Positions 17,399 to 27,020 of a DNA stretch of 64,000 bases are shown piece after piece (positions within the stretch are counted from its first letter, which is position 1; every line of letters begins with the position of its first letter). The DNA lies in the NCBI GenBank assembly GCA_043747745.1, contig JAYTOP010000039.1, positions 4,353 through 68,352 of the forward strand, written 5' to 3'. Source of the DNA: Pseudomonadota bacterium. GTDB lineage: Bacteria > Pseudomonadota > Gammaproteobacteria > Xanthomonadales > Xanthomonadaceae. The notes below the pieces were generated by a model, which saw only the letters and a program-made list of their open reading frames with translations, made no database searches and was not told where the DNA came from. A program made the position numbers and the translations under genes.

Positions 17399-18288
17399 TG
17401 CTCGATCAGACTGAGCAGGTATTGGCCGTAGCCGTTCTTCGCCAGCGGCTTGGCCAGCGCAGAGAGTTGCGCAGCGTCGATCCAATGGTTGGCGTACGCA
17501 ATCTCCTCGGGACAGCACACGCGCAGTCCCTGCCGCGCTTCGATGGTCTCGATGAAGTTCGACGCCTGCAGCAGCGATTCGTGGGTGCCGGTGTCGAGCC
17601 ACGCGTAGCCGCGGCCGAGCTTTTCAAGCTGCAGCGAACCGTCTTCGAGATAGCAACGGTTGAGGTCGGTGATCTCGAGTTCGCCGCGCGGCGAGGGTTT
17701 CAGCGAGGCCGCAAAATCGCACGCACGCCCATCGTAGAAGTACAGCCCGGTCACCGCGTAATGCGAACGCGGTTGCGTCGGCTTTTCCTCCAGCCCGACC
17801 ACCTTGCCGGACGCATCGAACTCGGCGACGCCATAGCGCTCCGGATCGCGCACCCAGTAACCGAACACCGTCGCACCGTGCGTCTGCGCGGACGCTGCGC
17901 GCAACTGCCGGGTCAAGCCATCGCCATAAAAAATATTGTCGCCGAGCACGAGGCAGCTCGGCCCGCCTGCGACGAAGTCACGACCGATCAGGTACGCCTG
18001 CGCGAGTCCGTCGGGACTCGGCTGCGCGGCGTACTCGATGCGCATGCCCCACTGCGAACCGTCGCCGAGCAGGCGCTGGAACAGCTCCTGTTCGTGCGGC
18101 GTATTGATGATCAACACATCGCGGATGCCCGCGAGCATCAGCGTGCTCAACGGGTAATAGATCATCGGCTTGTCGTAGATCGGCAGCAGTTGCTTGCTGA
18201 TGGTCTGGGTGATCGGATACAGCCGCGTGCCGGAGCCGCCGGCGAGGATGATGCCTTTGCGTTGGGTCACGTTTCCATCCTCTTGCAT
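17383..18288 (-). CDS. rfbA: Glucose-1-phosphate thymidylyltransferase
   Basis: Track ORF 17383..18342. Conserved [17 protein letters not shown] near the N-terminus. Start is ATG 18288 or GTG 18267 (AGGA 7 nt upstream). ATG 18342 lies inside a REP hairpin. Confidence 0.9.
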   Translation of the reverse strand: MQEDGNVTQRKGIILAGGSGTRLYPITQTISKQLLPIYDKPMIYYPLSTLMLAGIRDVLIINTPHEQELFQRLLGDGSQWGMRIEYAAQPSPDGLAQAYLIGRDFVAGGPSCLVLGDNIFYGDGLTRQLRAASAQTHGATVFGYWVRDPERYGVAEFDASGKVVGLEEKPTQPRSHYAVTGLYFYDGRACDFAASLKPSPRGELEITDLNRCYLEDGSLQLEKLGRGYAWLDTGTHESLLQASNFIETIEARQGLRVCCPEEIAYANHWIDAAQLSALAKPLAKNGYGQYLLSLIEHSRSE

Positions 18289-18337
18289 CGTTGTTTCGGC
18301 ACGCTGCGCTTGCAAAGACCTGTGCAAGCTCTCGTTC

Positions 18338-18414
18338 GTCATTCCGGCGGAAGCCGGAATCCATTTTGATCTTGTCTATGCAGCCGGACAGACCCCGGCT
18401 TGCGCCGGGATGAC
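18338..18414. repeat. Pair of inverted REP-like palindromic units
   Basis: GTCATTCCGGCGGAAGCCGGAATCC (18338..18362) and the reverse-oriented GTCATCCCGGCGCAAGCCGGGGTC (18391..18414). They resemble palindromes I recall as widespread in Gammaproteobacteria, which give spurious IPAEAGI/PACAGMT peptides. Confidence 0.6.
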
Positions 18415-18431
18415 AGCATGTTCAGTACTTT

Positions 18432-19481
18432 CTAAGTCCCAAGACGTTCCATCCGATAACTGCCATCCAGCACGCGCTGCACCCACGCGTGATTGTCGAG
18501 ATACCAGTCCACCGTCTGCGCGATGCCCTGCTCGAAACCCAGCGTCGGCGCCCAGCCGAGTTCGCGCTTGAGCTTGCTCGCGTCGATCGCGTAGCGGCGG
18601 TCGTGGCCCGGGCGATCGGTCACATAGGTAATCAGCGATTGGCGCGTGCGGCCATCGGCGAGTGGCCGGCGTTGATCGAGCAACGCGCAGATCGTCTTGA
18701 CCACCACGATGTTCTGCATCTCCGCATCGCCGCCGACATTGTAGGTCTCGCCGACGCGCCCGGCTTCGAGCACGCGCCGGATCGCCGCGCAATGGTCGGT
18801 GACATACAGCCAGTCGCGAATGTTCTTGCCGTCGCCGTACACCGGCAACGATTCGCCAGCGAGCGCCTTCTGGATGATCAGCGGAATGAGCTTTTCCGGA
18901 AACTGGTACGGCCCGTAGTTGTTCGAGCAATTCGTGGTCAGCGTCGGCATGCCGTAGGTGTGCTGGAACGCGCGCACCAGATGGTCGGACGCGGCCTTCG
19001 ATGCCGAGTACGGCGAGTTCGGCGCGTACGGAGTTTCCTCGGTGAATGCGCCGGTATCGCCAAGCGATCCGTACACCTCATCGGTGGACACTTGCAGGAA
19101 GCGGAACGCGTCCTTCGCGTCGCCATCGAGTGCGCGCCAGTAATCGCGCGCCGCTTCAAGCAACGCGAGCGTGCCGACCACGTTGGTCTGCACGAATGCG
19201 GCCGGACCGTCGATCGAACGGTCCACGTGCGATTCGGCTGCGAAATTCACGATCGCCTGCGGCCGGTGTTCGGCGAGCAGCTTCGCGACCAGCGCACCGT
19301 CGCCGATATCGCCGTGCACGAAGATGTGATCCGCATTGCCGTCGAGTGCGGCGAGCGTGTCGCGATTGCCCGCGTAGGTCAGCGCGTCGAGATTGACCAC
19401 GCGCACGCCCGACGCGACCGCGTCGAGCACGAAATTGCCGCCGATGAAGCCGGCACCGCCGGTAACAAGCCAAGTCTGCAT
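18432..19481 (-). CDS. rfbB: dTDP-glucose 4,6-dehydratase
   Basis: Track ORF 18432..19664. True start [17 protein letters not shown] at 19481. Motif [10 protein letters not shown]. Confidence 0.92.
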   Translation of the reverse strand: MQTWLVTGGAGFIGGNFVLDAVASGVRVVNLDALTYAGNRDTLAALDGNADHIFVHGDIGDGALVAKLLAEHRPQAIVNFAAESHVDRSIDGPAAFVQTNVVGTLALLEAARDYWRALDGDAKDAFRFLQVSTDEVYGSLGDTGAFTEETPYAPNSPYSASKAASDHLVRAFQHTYGMPTLTTNCSNNYGPYQFPEKLIPLIIQKALAGESLPVYGDGKNIRDWLYVTDHCAAIRRVLEAGRVGETYNVGGDAEMQNIVVVKTICALLDQRRPLADGRTRQSLITYVTDRPGHDRRYAIDASKLKRELGWAPTLGFEQGIAQTVDWYLDNHAWVQRVLDGSYRMERLGT

Positions 19482-19488
19482 GCGCGCC

Positions 19489-20001
19489 TCAGAACGGAAT
19501 ATCGTCGTCGTGAAAATCGTTGTCCATCGGCGCAGGCGCAGGGCGTGCTGATCGCTCGCCGCCGCCATACGCGCCGCCACCCGAAGGTGCGCGCGCTGGT
19601 GCGCGTTCGGAACGCTCGCCGCCGCTTTCCGGCCGTGCAGCACTTCCGCTATCACGACTGCCATCCGGGCGTCCGCCCAGCATCTGCATCTCGTTCGCGA
19701 TGATGTCGGTCGAATATTTCTCGACGCCGGCCTTGTCGGTGTACTTCTCGGTGCGCAGCGAACCCTCGATGTAGACCTGCGAGCCCTTCTTCAGGTACTC
19801 GCCCGCGATCTCCGCCAGCCGCCCGAAGAACTTCACCCGGTGCCACTCGGTGCGTTCCTGCTTCTCGCCGTTCTTGTCCTTCCACGACTCGTTCGTGGCG
19901 ACGCTGACCGACGCCAGCGCCGACCCGCTCTGCGCGTAGCGCACTTCCGGGTCCTTGCCCAGCGTACCGATCAGGATGACTTTATTCACGCCACGTGCCA
20001 T
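19489..20001 (-). CDS. ssb: Single-stranded DNA-binding protein
   Basis: Track ORF, 170 aa. [22 protein letters not shown], Gly-rich linker, C-terminal DDDIPF. Confidence 0.92.
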   Translation of the reverse strand: MARGVNKVILIGTLGKDPEVRYAQSGSALASVSVATNESWKDKNGEKQERTEWHRVKFFGRLAEIAGEYLKKGSQVYIEGSLRTEKYTDKAGVEKYSTDIIANEMQMLGGRPDGSRDSGSAARPESGGERSERAPARAPSGGGAYGGGERSARPAPAPMDNDFHDDDIPF

Positions 20002-20108
20002 GCCCAGGTTCCCTGCCGAATTGAGGCGTGCAGAATAACACCCTGCCGCCGCGCCCTGCGCTGCGAGCCACCCGGCTATAATTCCGCCACCCCACGCCGC
20101 TGCTGCCG

Positions 20109-21131
20109 ATGACCCCCGACGCCCTGACCGACCATCGCCTCGACACCGGCTCCAGCCCGGCTCTGGCCCTGCCCGCGATCCAGGAACTCACGGCCAATGA
20201 CATGGCTGCGGTCAACGTGCTGATCCGTCGCCGGCTCGCTTCCGACGTGGTTCTGGTCAACCTGATCGGCGAGCACATCATCGCGGCGGGCGGCAAGCGC
20301 CTGCGGCCGATGCTGGTCCTGCTGGCCGCGCGGGCCCTTGGCTATCGCGGCGGCGACCACCACCAGCTCGCGGCGATCATCGAGTTCATCCACACCGCGA
20401 CCCTGCTGCACGACGACGTGGTCGACGAATCCGACCTGCGGCGCGGCCGCAAGACCGCGAACGCGCTGTGGGGCAATGCGCCGAGCGTGCTGGTCGGCGA
20501 TTTCCTGTATTCGCGCAGCTTCCAGCTGATGGTCGAACTCAACAGCGCCGAGATCATGCGCGTGCTCGCGAACACGACCAATGCGATCGCCGAGGGCGAG
20601 GTGCTGCAACTGCTGCACGTGCGCAATCCGGATACCGACGAAGCCGCCTACCTGCAGGTGATCGAACGCAAGACTGCGGTCTTGTTCGCTGCCGCGACGC
20701 GCCTGGGCGCACTGCTCGCGGGCGCCGACGCGAAGACGCAGCAGGCGCTGCACGACTACGGGCTGCAACTCGGTTTCGCGTTCCAGATCGCCGACGACGT
20801 ACTCGACTACACCGCCGACGCAGACAGCTTGGGGAAAAATCTCGGCGACGACCTCGCCGAAGGCAAGGCCACCCTGCCCCTCATCCATGCGCTCGCGCAC
20901 ACAGACGAAGCGACGCGCACGCAGATGCAGGCGGCCGTGCGCTCCGGCGACATCGATGCGATGCCGATGATCCTGCAGGCGATCCGCGCGACCGGCGGCC
21001 TCGACTACAGCGCCGCGAAGGCGCGCGAACATGCGCGGCGTGCGGAAGCCGCGCTGCGCGGATTGCCGGATTCGCCGTGGCTGGCGGCGCTGCATGGGCT
21101 GGCGCGGTATGCGATCGAGCGGGATCGTTGA
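20109..21131 (+). CDS. ispB: Octaprenyl-diphosphate synthase (polyprenyl synthetase)
   Basis: Track ORF, 340 aa. Motifs: [15 protein letters not shown] and [10 protein letters not shown]. Confidence 0.9.
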   Translation: MTPDALTDHRLDTGSSPALALPAIQELTANDMAAVNVLIRRRLASDVVLVNLIGEHIIAAGGKRLRPMLVLLAARALGYRGGDHHQLAAIIEFIHTATLLHDDVVDESDLRRGRKTANALWGNAPSVLVGDFLYSRSFQLMVELNSAEIMRVLANTTNAIAEGEVLQLLHVRNPDTDEAAYLQVIERKTAVLFAAATRLGALLAGADAKTQQALHDYGLQLGFAFQIADDVLDYTADADSLGKNLGDDLAEGKATLPLIHALAHTDEATRTQMQAAVRSGDIDAMPMILQAIRATGGLDYSAAKAREHARRAEAALRGLPDSPWLAALHGLARYAIERDR

Positions 21132-21151
21132 CCAAAGCTGCCGAAAACCAC

Positions 21152-23053
21152 ATGCCAATCAAACTCGTTGCATTCCGGTCCGGGGCAATGGTTGCAGCAG
21201 CGCTCCTGCTCACGGCCTCCATCTACGCTGCCGGCATGGGCGGAAACTTCATTTACGATGACCTGCCTTTCATCGCAGGGAACGAAGGGCTGCGTGTCGC
21301 GCACTCCACTTTCCACGCCTGGATGCGTGCAGCGTTGTCGTTTCCAGAAGCTCACCAAGGCCGCTGGCTCGGCATGTTGAGTTTTGCGCTGAACGAATAT
21401 TTCTCCGGTCTCGCTGTCGTCCCGTTCAAGTTGACGAACCTCGCGATCCATCTCCTCAATGGCGTGCTGCTTTACGCGATGCTGCGCCGCCTGTTCGCGT
21501 TGGCCGCATGCAAGGGGGGTGTCGCATCATCGGCCAGCCTTCCATGGATGGCGCTGGCGGTCACCACGGCCTGGATGGTTCTGCCGATCAACCTCACGTC
21601 GGTGCTGTATGTCACCCAGCGTTTCGAGTCGCTTTGCCAGTCGTTCGTGCTGTTGGGACTGGCCGGATATTTCGCGGCACGCCTGCGCCATCTCATGGCA
21701 GGCGGATCCGCCTGGCCGATGGCAGTCTGGTTGCTGGGCGCGACAGCTGCCGGCTGCGCCGTGAAGGAGTCAGCGATCCTGCTGCCCCTTTATGCGCTGA
21801 TCGCCGATGCCGCACTGACAGGATTGGTGGATGGGACGGGACGACGATCCCGCGCGTTGGTCGTGTTATATGCAGCGACGCTGGGCGTGCCGATGGTCGC
21901 AGGGATGGTATGGCTGCTGCTGTGGATCTTCGGACCGACCACCTATTCGATGAATTTCGGCACGATGCAGCGCCTGTACACCGAGGCGCGCGTCCTTGTC
22001 GATTACCTCCAGTGGACGCTATGGCCGCGACTGGACCAGTTCGCGCTGATCCATGACGACTACGCGCTATCGCAGGGATTGTTCAAGCCACTGTCGACAG
22101 CATTGAGCATGCTGATGCTCGCGGGCCTGGGCGCCATCGCGTGGGCCGTCCGCCGCAGTGTGCCGCTGGCCACTATCGGGATCTCCTGGTTCTTCGCAGG
22201 ACACCTGATGACCGCCACGGTCATCCCGCTGGACCTGGTCTTCGAGCATCGCAATTATTTTCCGTCGATCGGGGTACTGCTTGCGACAGCATCGCTCGGT
22301 GCAACGCTGGCAAAAGATGGCCGGATCCGCGCACTCATGTCGGTAGTCGCGATCCTGCTCGTCGTGCGTGCCGCGCAGATCACGGCACGCCGCGCATACG
22401 AGTGGGGCGATGGCTGGCGCTTCGCATTGGCCGAAGCCGTGCATCGGCCCTTGTCGTCGGATGCGCAATACGCTTTCGCCGTGGCCTTGTCGCAAGGTGC
22501 GAGTGGAATACGGGTCACGCAGGAACAAGTCGAAACCGTGCTCGCGCATGCAGCGCGCCTGCCCGGTGCCAGCATCGCCCCGGAAGCTACATTGATCATC
22601 GGCCGCGCAAAGCTCAAGCAGGCGATCGATCCGGACTGGTGGCGCTCGCTGGTCGGCAAACTGGAGTCGCACCCTCCTTCGACTACCGACATCAATGCCT
22701 TGAACGGCCTGCTTCAATGCCGCCTGCAACGTCTGTGCACGGATACGCAGCCGTTGCTGGATGCCTGCATGGCAGCACTCTCCCGCGGTGCGCCGGCGGC
22801 ACCACTGCTATCCGGCTATGCTGATTTCGCCATGGACGACCTGCACGAACCGGCCATGGCCGAACGCGCGCTACGCGATGCGCTGGCGGCGCGGCCGGAT
22901 GGCGCACTCTATCGCGTGAAGCTCATCAGGCTCCTGCGCGCCGAGCATCGCATTCCCGAGGCGCAGGCGGAGACGGCCAAGCTGCGGGCGGCCAACAGGT
23001 TCGGCGAACTCGACGCAATGATCGCGGACCTTGATGCCCAGATGGCAAGGTGA
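21152..23053 (+). CDS. TMTC-like polytopic membrane protein with C-terminal TPR-like region (GT-C-type glycosyltransferase family suspected)
   Basis: In frame with track ORF 20468..23053. ATG 21152 (MPIKLVAFRSGAMVAAALLL). N-terminal FIYDDLPFIAGNEGL motif followed by ~10 hydrophobic helices. Helical repeat C-terminus. Confidence 0.65.
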   Translation: MPIKLVAFRSGAMVAAALLLTASIYAAGMGGNFIYDDLPFIAGNEGLRVAHSTFHAWMRAALSFPEAHQGRWLGMLSFALNEYFSGLAVVPFKLTNLAIHLLNGVLLYAMLRRLFALAACKGGVASSASLPWMALAVTTAWMVLPINLTSVLYVTQRFESLCQSFVLLGLAGYFAARLRHLMAGGSAWPMAVWLLGATAAGCAVKESAILLPLYALIADAALTGLVDGTGRRSRALVVLYAATLGVPMVAGMVWLLLWIFGPTTYSMNFGTMQRLYTEARVLVDYLQWTLWPRLDQFALIHDDYALSQGLFKPLSTALSMLMLAGLGAIAWAVRRSVPLATIGISWFFAGHLMTATVIPLDLVFEHRNYFPSIGVLLATASLGATLAKDGRIRALMSVVAILLVVRAAQITARRAYEWGDGWRFALAEAVHRPLSSDAQYAFAVALSQGASGIRVTQEQVETVLAHAARLPGASIAPEATLIIGRAKLKQAIDPDWWRSLVGKLESHPPSTTDINALNGLLQCRLQRLCTDTQPLLDACMAALSRGAPAAPLLSGYADFAMDDLHEPAMAERALRDALAARPDGALYRVKLIRLLRAEHRIPEAQAETAKLRAANRFGELDAMIADLDAQMAR

Positions 23054-23228
23054 GGCTTCCAGCAATGACTTGCTCTCGCTCCACTCACCGGCATCCAGGC
23101 TGCGATCAAGCATTCCAAAAGACAACGGTTGGGCGGGCTTGCAACGAAAGCATGGAAGCATCCCATCGCTTTAGGTTTGCCACATATATCAGTGCGAAGG
23201 CCGGGATGCCAATCCCAGCGTTGTTCGA

Positions 23229-23375
23229 TCAACAAAAGCGCTGGGTTTGAACCCAGCCTACAAACTTGCTCGCTTCCGTGTCGTACATGCGACACGACGA
23301 ATGCGCTTCGGTCGAATAGTGCACGGCGCCGTCGATGCTGACGAATTGCCTGGCGGTGCCGCCGCCCTGGGCACT
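23229..23375 (-). pseudogene. C-terminal remnant of a dienelactone hydrolase paralogue
   Basis: My translation ARQFVSIDGAVHYSTEAHSSCRMYDTEASKFVGW aligns with the C-terminus of the intact DLH at 24759 (DWQFVNIGGAVHCFTETEAHAPGCMYDAKASGRGY). The DNA also aligns (…CGTCGTACATGC…ATGCGCTTCGGT…GACGAATTGCC…). An in-frame stop lies immediately upstream (23376..23378). Confidence 0.55.
23230..23257 (-). terminator. Candidate intrinsic terminator for the OmpA-family gene
   Basis: On the minus strand: GCTGGGTT-CA-AACCCAGC hairpin followed by GCTTTTGTTG. Confidence 0.4.
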
Positions 23376-23403
23376 TCACGATGACGCTCTTGAAATTCGG
23401 CCC

Positions 23404-24486
23404 TTAGTTCTTCACCAACTCCACCCGCCGGTTCTTCGCACGTCCTTCCTCGGTATCGTTCGTCGCCAACGGCGAACCCATCCCCGCGCCGCTCGGCACG
23501 AGGCGCGAGGCGTCGATCGCGTAGTCCTCGACCAGCGCGTTCGTCACCGCGTCTGCGCGACGCTTCGACAGCGCGAGGTTCGGTGCGGCTCCGCCGACGT
23601 TGTCGGTATAGCCGACCACGCCGATCTTCAATGTCGGCTGGCCCTTCAGCAACGCGGCGATCTGGTCGAGGGTCGGCTTGGATTCGGGCTTGACCACCGA
23701 CTTGTTGGTGTCGAAATAGATGCCGTACAGCGCGATCTTGCCGGTGGCGGCGATCGACTTCGCCATGTCGCTCGCGCTGACCGTCACCATCTTCTTCTCG
23801 CGCGCCTTCGGCTCGATCGCGATCACCATCGTCACGGTGCGTTGGTTGAACGCCTTGCAGTACAGATCGTCGCCGACCGTGTACGTCAGCACCGCCAACG
23901 TCGCCTGGCTGCCGTCCGCCGGCAGCGCCGCGACCATGTAACGCTGTTCCTTGACGTCGCGGGTACTCGCGCAATTGCCGTTGCTGAAGGCCGCTGCCTT
24001 CACGCGTTCGTGCGGATAGAGTTTTTCCAGCAGGCCCTGGGTGCCGCCGCCATGGTCGTTGCCCTTCATGTCGCCGCCGCAGTCGGTGTCCTTGCACGCG
24101 TACAGCACCTTGCCGCCGCCTGCCTCGACTTCATCCTGGTAGTTGCGGATCACCTCGAGCGGCGAGCGGTCGGCCGGCGCGAGATACAGGATGCGCGTGT
24201 AGACGCCTTCGACGTTCGCTTTCTTGTCCGCTTCGACCACGCGGTTATTCTGCGCATCGTGCGTGTCGGCGTCCGCGACAGGCTTGAGTTTCGACAGCGG
24301 GAAGCTCGCCTCGTCGAAACCCTTGTGGTCGTAGTTGACGATGAACGAACCTTCGTAGCGCTTCAGGAAGGGCAGGTCCTTGCTGCCGGCATCGTCCTTC
24401 CTGGGGACAATGGCATCGGCAAAAACATTCATCGAAAGCGACATCAGCAAGAGGGCGAAGAGCGTGCGGGCCATCGGGTTTTCCAT
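23404..24486 (-). CDS. OmpA-family protein (N-terminal DUF4892-like domain + OmpA C-terminal peptidoglycan-binding domain)
   Basis: Track ORF 23404..24564. Signal peptide MARTLFALLLMSLSMNVFA (start 24486 or 24474). C-terminal GYTDNVGGAAPNLALSKRRADAV...NRRVELV. Confidence 0.8.
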   Translation of the reverse strand: MENPMARTLFALLLMSLSMNVFADAIVPRKDDAGSKDLPFLKRYEGSFIVNYDHKGFDEASFPLSKLKPVADADTHDAQNNRVVEADKKANVEGVYTRILYLAPADRSPLEVIRNYQDEVEAGGGKVLYACKDTDCGGDMKGNDHGGGTQGLLEKLYPHERVKAAAFSNGNCASTRDVKEQRYMVAALPADGSQATLAVLTYTVGDDLYCKAFNQRTVTMVIAIEPKAREKKMVTVSASDMAKSIAATGKIALYGIYFDTNKSVVKPESKPTLDQIAALLKGQPTLKIGVVGYTDNVGGAAPNLALSKRRADAVTNALVEDYAIDASRLVPSGAGMGSPLATNDTEEGRAKNRRVELVKN

Positions 24487-24535
24487 GATTTGGTGAGTTC
24501 GCGAGAGCATACGCAGGAATCGACGGAAAGCGGAC

Positions 24536-24754
24536 ATGGCGGCGTGCCGTCGAAGGCGATGCATGGGTTGGCGCTACGACGCGCTGTTCACGGCGTCGAT
24601 GCACAAGCACGTCGCCAGCGCTCAGCCGCAGCCGTTGCAGGACGGGCGCTGCGTCGTCATCCGGGACGACGCTAATACGGAGTACTCGTTCAAGTTCACG
24701 TACATCGCCGGGGAGGGTTACCGGGTCACGTCGTATTCCATCGGCCCGCTGTAG
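24536..24754 (+). CDS. Hypothetical small protein or gene remnant
   Basis: 72-aa track ORF with strong GC3 bias. The C-terminus reads like real protein (VVIRDDANTEYSFKFTYIAGEGYRVTSYSIGPL). No recognisable family and no SD seen. Confidence 0.25.
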   Translation: MAACRRRRCMGWRYDALFTASMHKHVASAQPQPLQDGRCVVIRDDANTEYSFKFTYIAGEGYRVTSYSIGPL

Positions 24755-24758
24755 CCAA

Positions 24759-25538
24759 CTACTTCCTGGCGAACGACTCGTCGAAGAACGCGCGCATCAT
24801 CCGGTAGCCGCGCCCGCTCGCTTTCGCGTCGTACATGCATCCGGGCGCATGCGCTTCGGTTTCGGTGAAGCAATGCACCGCGCCGCCGATGTTGACGAAT
24901 TGCCAGTCGGTACCGCTTGCGCGCAGCTCGGCGAAAAACTTGTCGGTGTCCGGCCATGCGCCCTGGTCGTCGGCTCCGTTGAGCACGAGCAACCGCGACT
25001 TGATGTTCTTCGCGTTCGCGGCGTCGTCAGGATTCAGGCCCGCGTGAAAACTCACGACACCGCCACTCGGCACGGTGCCGCTGCGCGCGAGGTCGAGCAC
25101 CGCCGAACCGCCAAAGCAGAAACCGATCGCGCCGAGCCGCGCCATGTCGATCGGTGCCTTCCCGCCCTGCGTCTTGAGCGCATTCCATGCTGCATTGACG
25201 CGCGCCATCATCAGCTTGCGATCGCCGTAGAACGGTTTCACCGCCGCCCTGGACGCGGCGTCGTCAGCGGGACGCACATCCTTGCCGTACATGTCCGCGA
25301 GCAGGACCACGTAGTCCTTGCCGGCGATTATCTTCGCCTTCGCGATGGCGATGGCGTTGACGCCATGCCAGTTCGGCACCATCAGCAGGCCAGGTCGCTT
25401 CGCGCTGATCGCGTCGTCCCAGATCAGGTAGCCGGAGAGTTCGGTGGTGCCGTCCTTCCAGTTCACGGGTTCGGCGCGCGGCGCGGCGAAGGCCGGCGCG
25501 GAGAGAAGCAGCAGGAACAACAAGGCGAGCATGCGCAT
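24759..25538 (-). CDS. Dienelactone hydrolase family protein, secreted
   Basis: Track ORF, 259 aa. Signal peptide MRMLALLFLLLLSAPAFA. GFCFGG nucleophile-elbow region. C-terminal GAVHCF. Confidence 0.85.
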   Translation of the reverse strand: MRMLALLFLLLLSAPAFAAPRAEPVNWKDGTTELSGYLIWDDAISAKRPGLLMVPNWHGVNAIAIAKAKIIAGKDYVVLLADMYGKDVRPADDAASRAAVKPFYGDRKLMMARVNAAWNALKTQGGKAPIDMARLGAIGFCFGGSAVLDLARSGTVPSGGVVSFHAGLNPDDAANAKNIKSRLLVLNGADDQGAWPDTDKFFAELRASGTDWQFVNIGGAVHCFTETEAHAPGCMYDAKASGRGYRMMRAFFDESFARK

Positions 25539-25616
25539 GACCGTATCTCCGGATGGGAACGCGGGAAGCTTACGCGCCTGTCATCCCGAGTGCAGCGCGG
25601 AGCGATCCTACATGCC

Positions 25617-27020
25617 TCATGCGATGCCGAGTCCCGGGATGCGGCTGATGGTGTCCGGGTCGAAGCCGGATCGCGCCGCAAAATCGCGACCACGCGCTGC
25701 GTAGTCGGTGTATGCGCCGAAGCTCGGTGCGCCCGGCGAGAGCAGGATCGTGCCGCCGTCCGGCAGGGCAGCACGCGCAAGCGCGATCGCTTCGGCCAGG
25801 TCGTGCGCGGAATCCAGCCGCAGCACACCAGCATCGGCCAGCGATTGCAGAGCGGCATGGATGCGCGGACCGTTCTGGCCCATCGTGATGACGGCATGCG
25901 CCGGCTTGGTGCGCATGCGCTCAACGAACGGAGCCCAGTCCACGCCGCGGTCGTAGCCGCCCACGAGGATCGCGACTTTCTCATCCGCGTGGCAATCGAG
26001 CGCGGCGATGCTCGCATGCGGCGTGGTGCTGATCGAATCGTTGACGTAGCGCATGCCATCGCGTTCGCCGAACGGCTGCAACCGGTGTGGCAATGGCTGG
26101 AAGGTCATGACATGCGCCGCGAGCGCCCGCGCATCGACGCCGAGCGCATCGATCGCTGCCAGCGCCGCGCACAGGTTCCAGAGGTTGTGGCGGCCAGGCA
26201 GCGGGATGTCCTGCGTCTCCATGACGCGCTCGTTGCCCCGATACAGTTGCGCATCGAGCAGGTGCCAGCCGCTCGGCGCGTTGAACCAGCGGATTTCCCA
26301 ATCGGGAAGCTCGAGTGCGGCCAAGGTCGGATCGAGCGCATTGAGCACCGCGATGCGCGGGCGCGCTTCAGTGAACAGAGCGAGTTTGTCGGCGACGTAG
26401 CGCGCCTCATTGCCGTGCCAGTCGAGGTGTTCCGGGTACACGTTCAGGCCGACCGCGACATCCGGCTGCACGCCCGAATCGGCGACATCGCGCGTCTGGT
26501 AGCTCGACAGTTCGATCGCCCAGATCAACTCCGATTGGAGCTGCGGCGACTGTGGCGGATCGAGCAATTCCAGCAGCGGCATGCCGATGTTGCCCGCGAG
26601 CGCCGTGCGATGGTGGCCGGCACGCAACAGGTGCGCGACCAGCGCGGTCGTCGTGCTCTTGCCCTTGGTGCCGGTGACGCACACGGTGCGCGCATCGGGG
26701 TGCTCCGCGAACCACAGCGCGCTGCCGCCGATGAAACGGGTGCCGCCTGCGATGGCTTCTTCGACCTCGGAACGATACGGGCTGATGCCCGGCGATTTCA
26801 CCACGACATCGAACGACGACAGTGCATCCGCATCGGCCTGCGATGAAGCCCGCAGCAACGGATCATCCAGTGCGCGCACGTCGACCGCTTCGGCCTCGCT
26901 GCAAATCGCTGTCAATTCCAGCATCGGCAGCCGCGAACGCAGCGCCGCATGGGCTGCGCGGGACTCGCGACCCCAGCCCCAGAGCGCAATGCGGCGCCCG
27001 TCAAGTTCCGAAATGCGCAC
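25617..27020 (-). CDS. murD2: MurD-like Mur ligase (MurD2-type UDP-MurNAc-L-Ala:L-Glu ligase suspected)
   Basis: Track ORF 25617..27179. Start chosen at GTG 27020 ([17 protein letters not shown]). Mur ligase P-loop [10 protein letters not shown]. Call is supported by adjacency to the MurL-like gene. Confidence 0.75.
   Translation of the reverse strand: MRISELDGRRIALWGWGRESRAAHAALRSRLPMLELTAICSEAEAVDVRALDDPLLRASSQADADALSSFDVVVKSPGISPYRSEVEEAIAGGTRFIGGSALWFAEHPDARTVCVTGTKGKSTTTALVAHLLRAGHHRTALAGNIGMPLLELLDPPQSPQLQSELIWAIELSSYQTRDVADSGVQPDVAVGLNVYPEHLDWHGNEARYVADKLALFTEARPRIAVLNALDPTLAALELPDWEIRWFNAPSGWHLLDAQLYRGNERVMETQDIPLPGRHNLWNLCAALAAIDALGVDARALAAHVMTFQPLPHRLQPFGERDGMRYVNDSISTTPHASIAALDCHADEKVAILVGGYDRGVDWAPFVERMRTKPAHAVITMGQNGPRIHAALQSLADAGVLRLDSAHDLAEAIALARAALPDGGTILLSPGAPSFGAYTDYAARGRDFAARSGFDPDTISRIPGLGIA

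Noticed and set aside
18289-18342. Longer rfbA starting at ATG 18342
   Set aside because: That ATG lies inside the REP palindrome (GTCATTCCGG...). The added 18 residues precede the conserved [14 protein letters not shown]-terminus by more than is usual for RfbA.
20468-21151. N-terminal 228 aa of the 861-aa ORF 20468..23053
   Set aside because: It is an out-of-frame overlap with ispB and has Arg-rich shadow composition. The membrane protein starts at ATG 21152, just after the ispB stop.
23236-23262. tRNA-like TPsiC-arm sequence (GGGTTTGAACCC)
   Set aside because: It is an isolated hairpin with no acceptor, D or anticodon arms around it. It fits better as a terminator hairpin followed by a T-rich tract on the minus strand.
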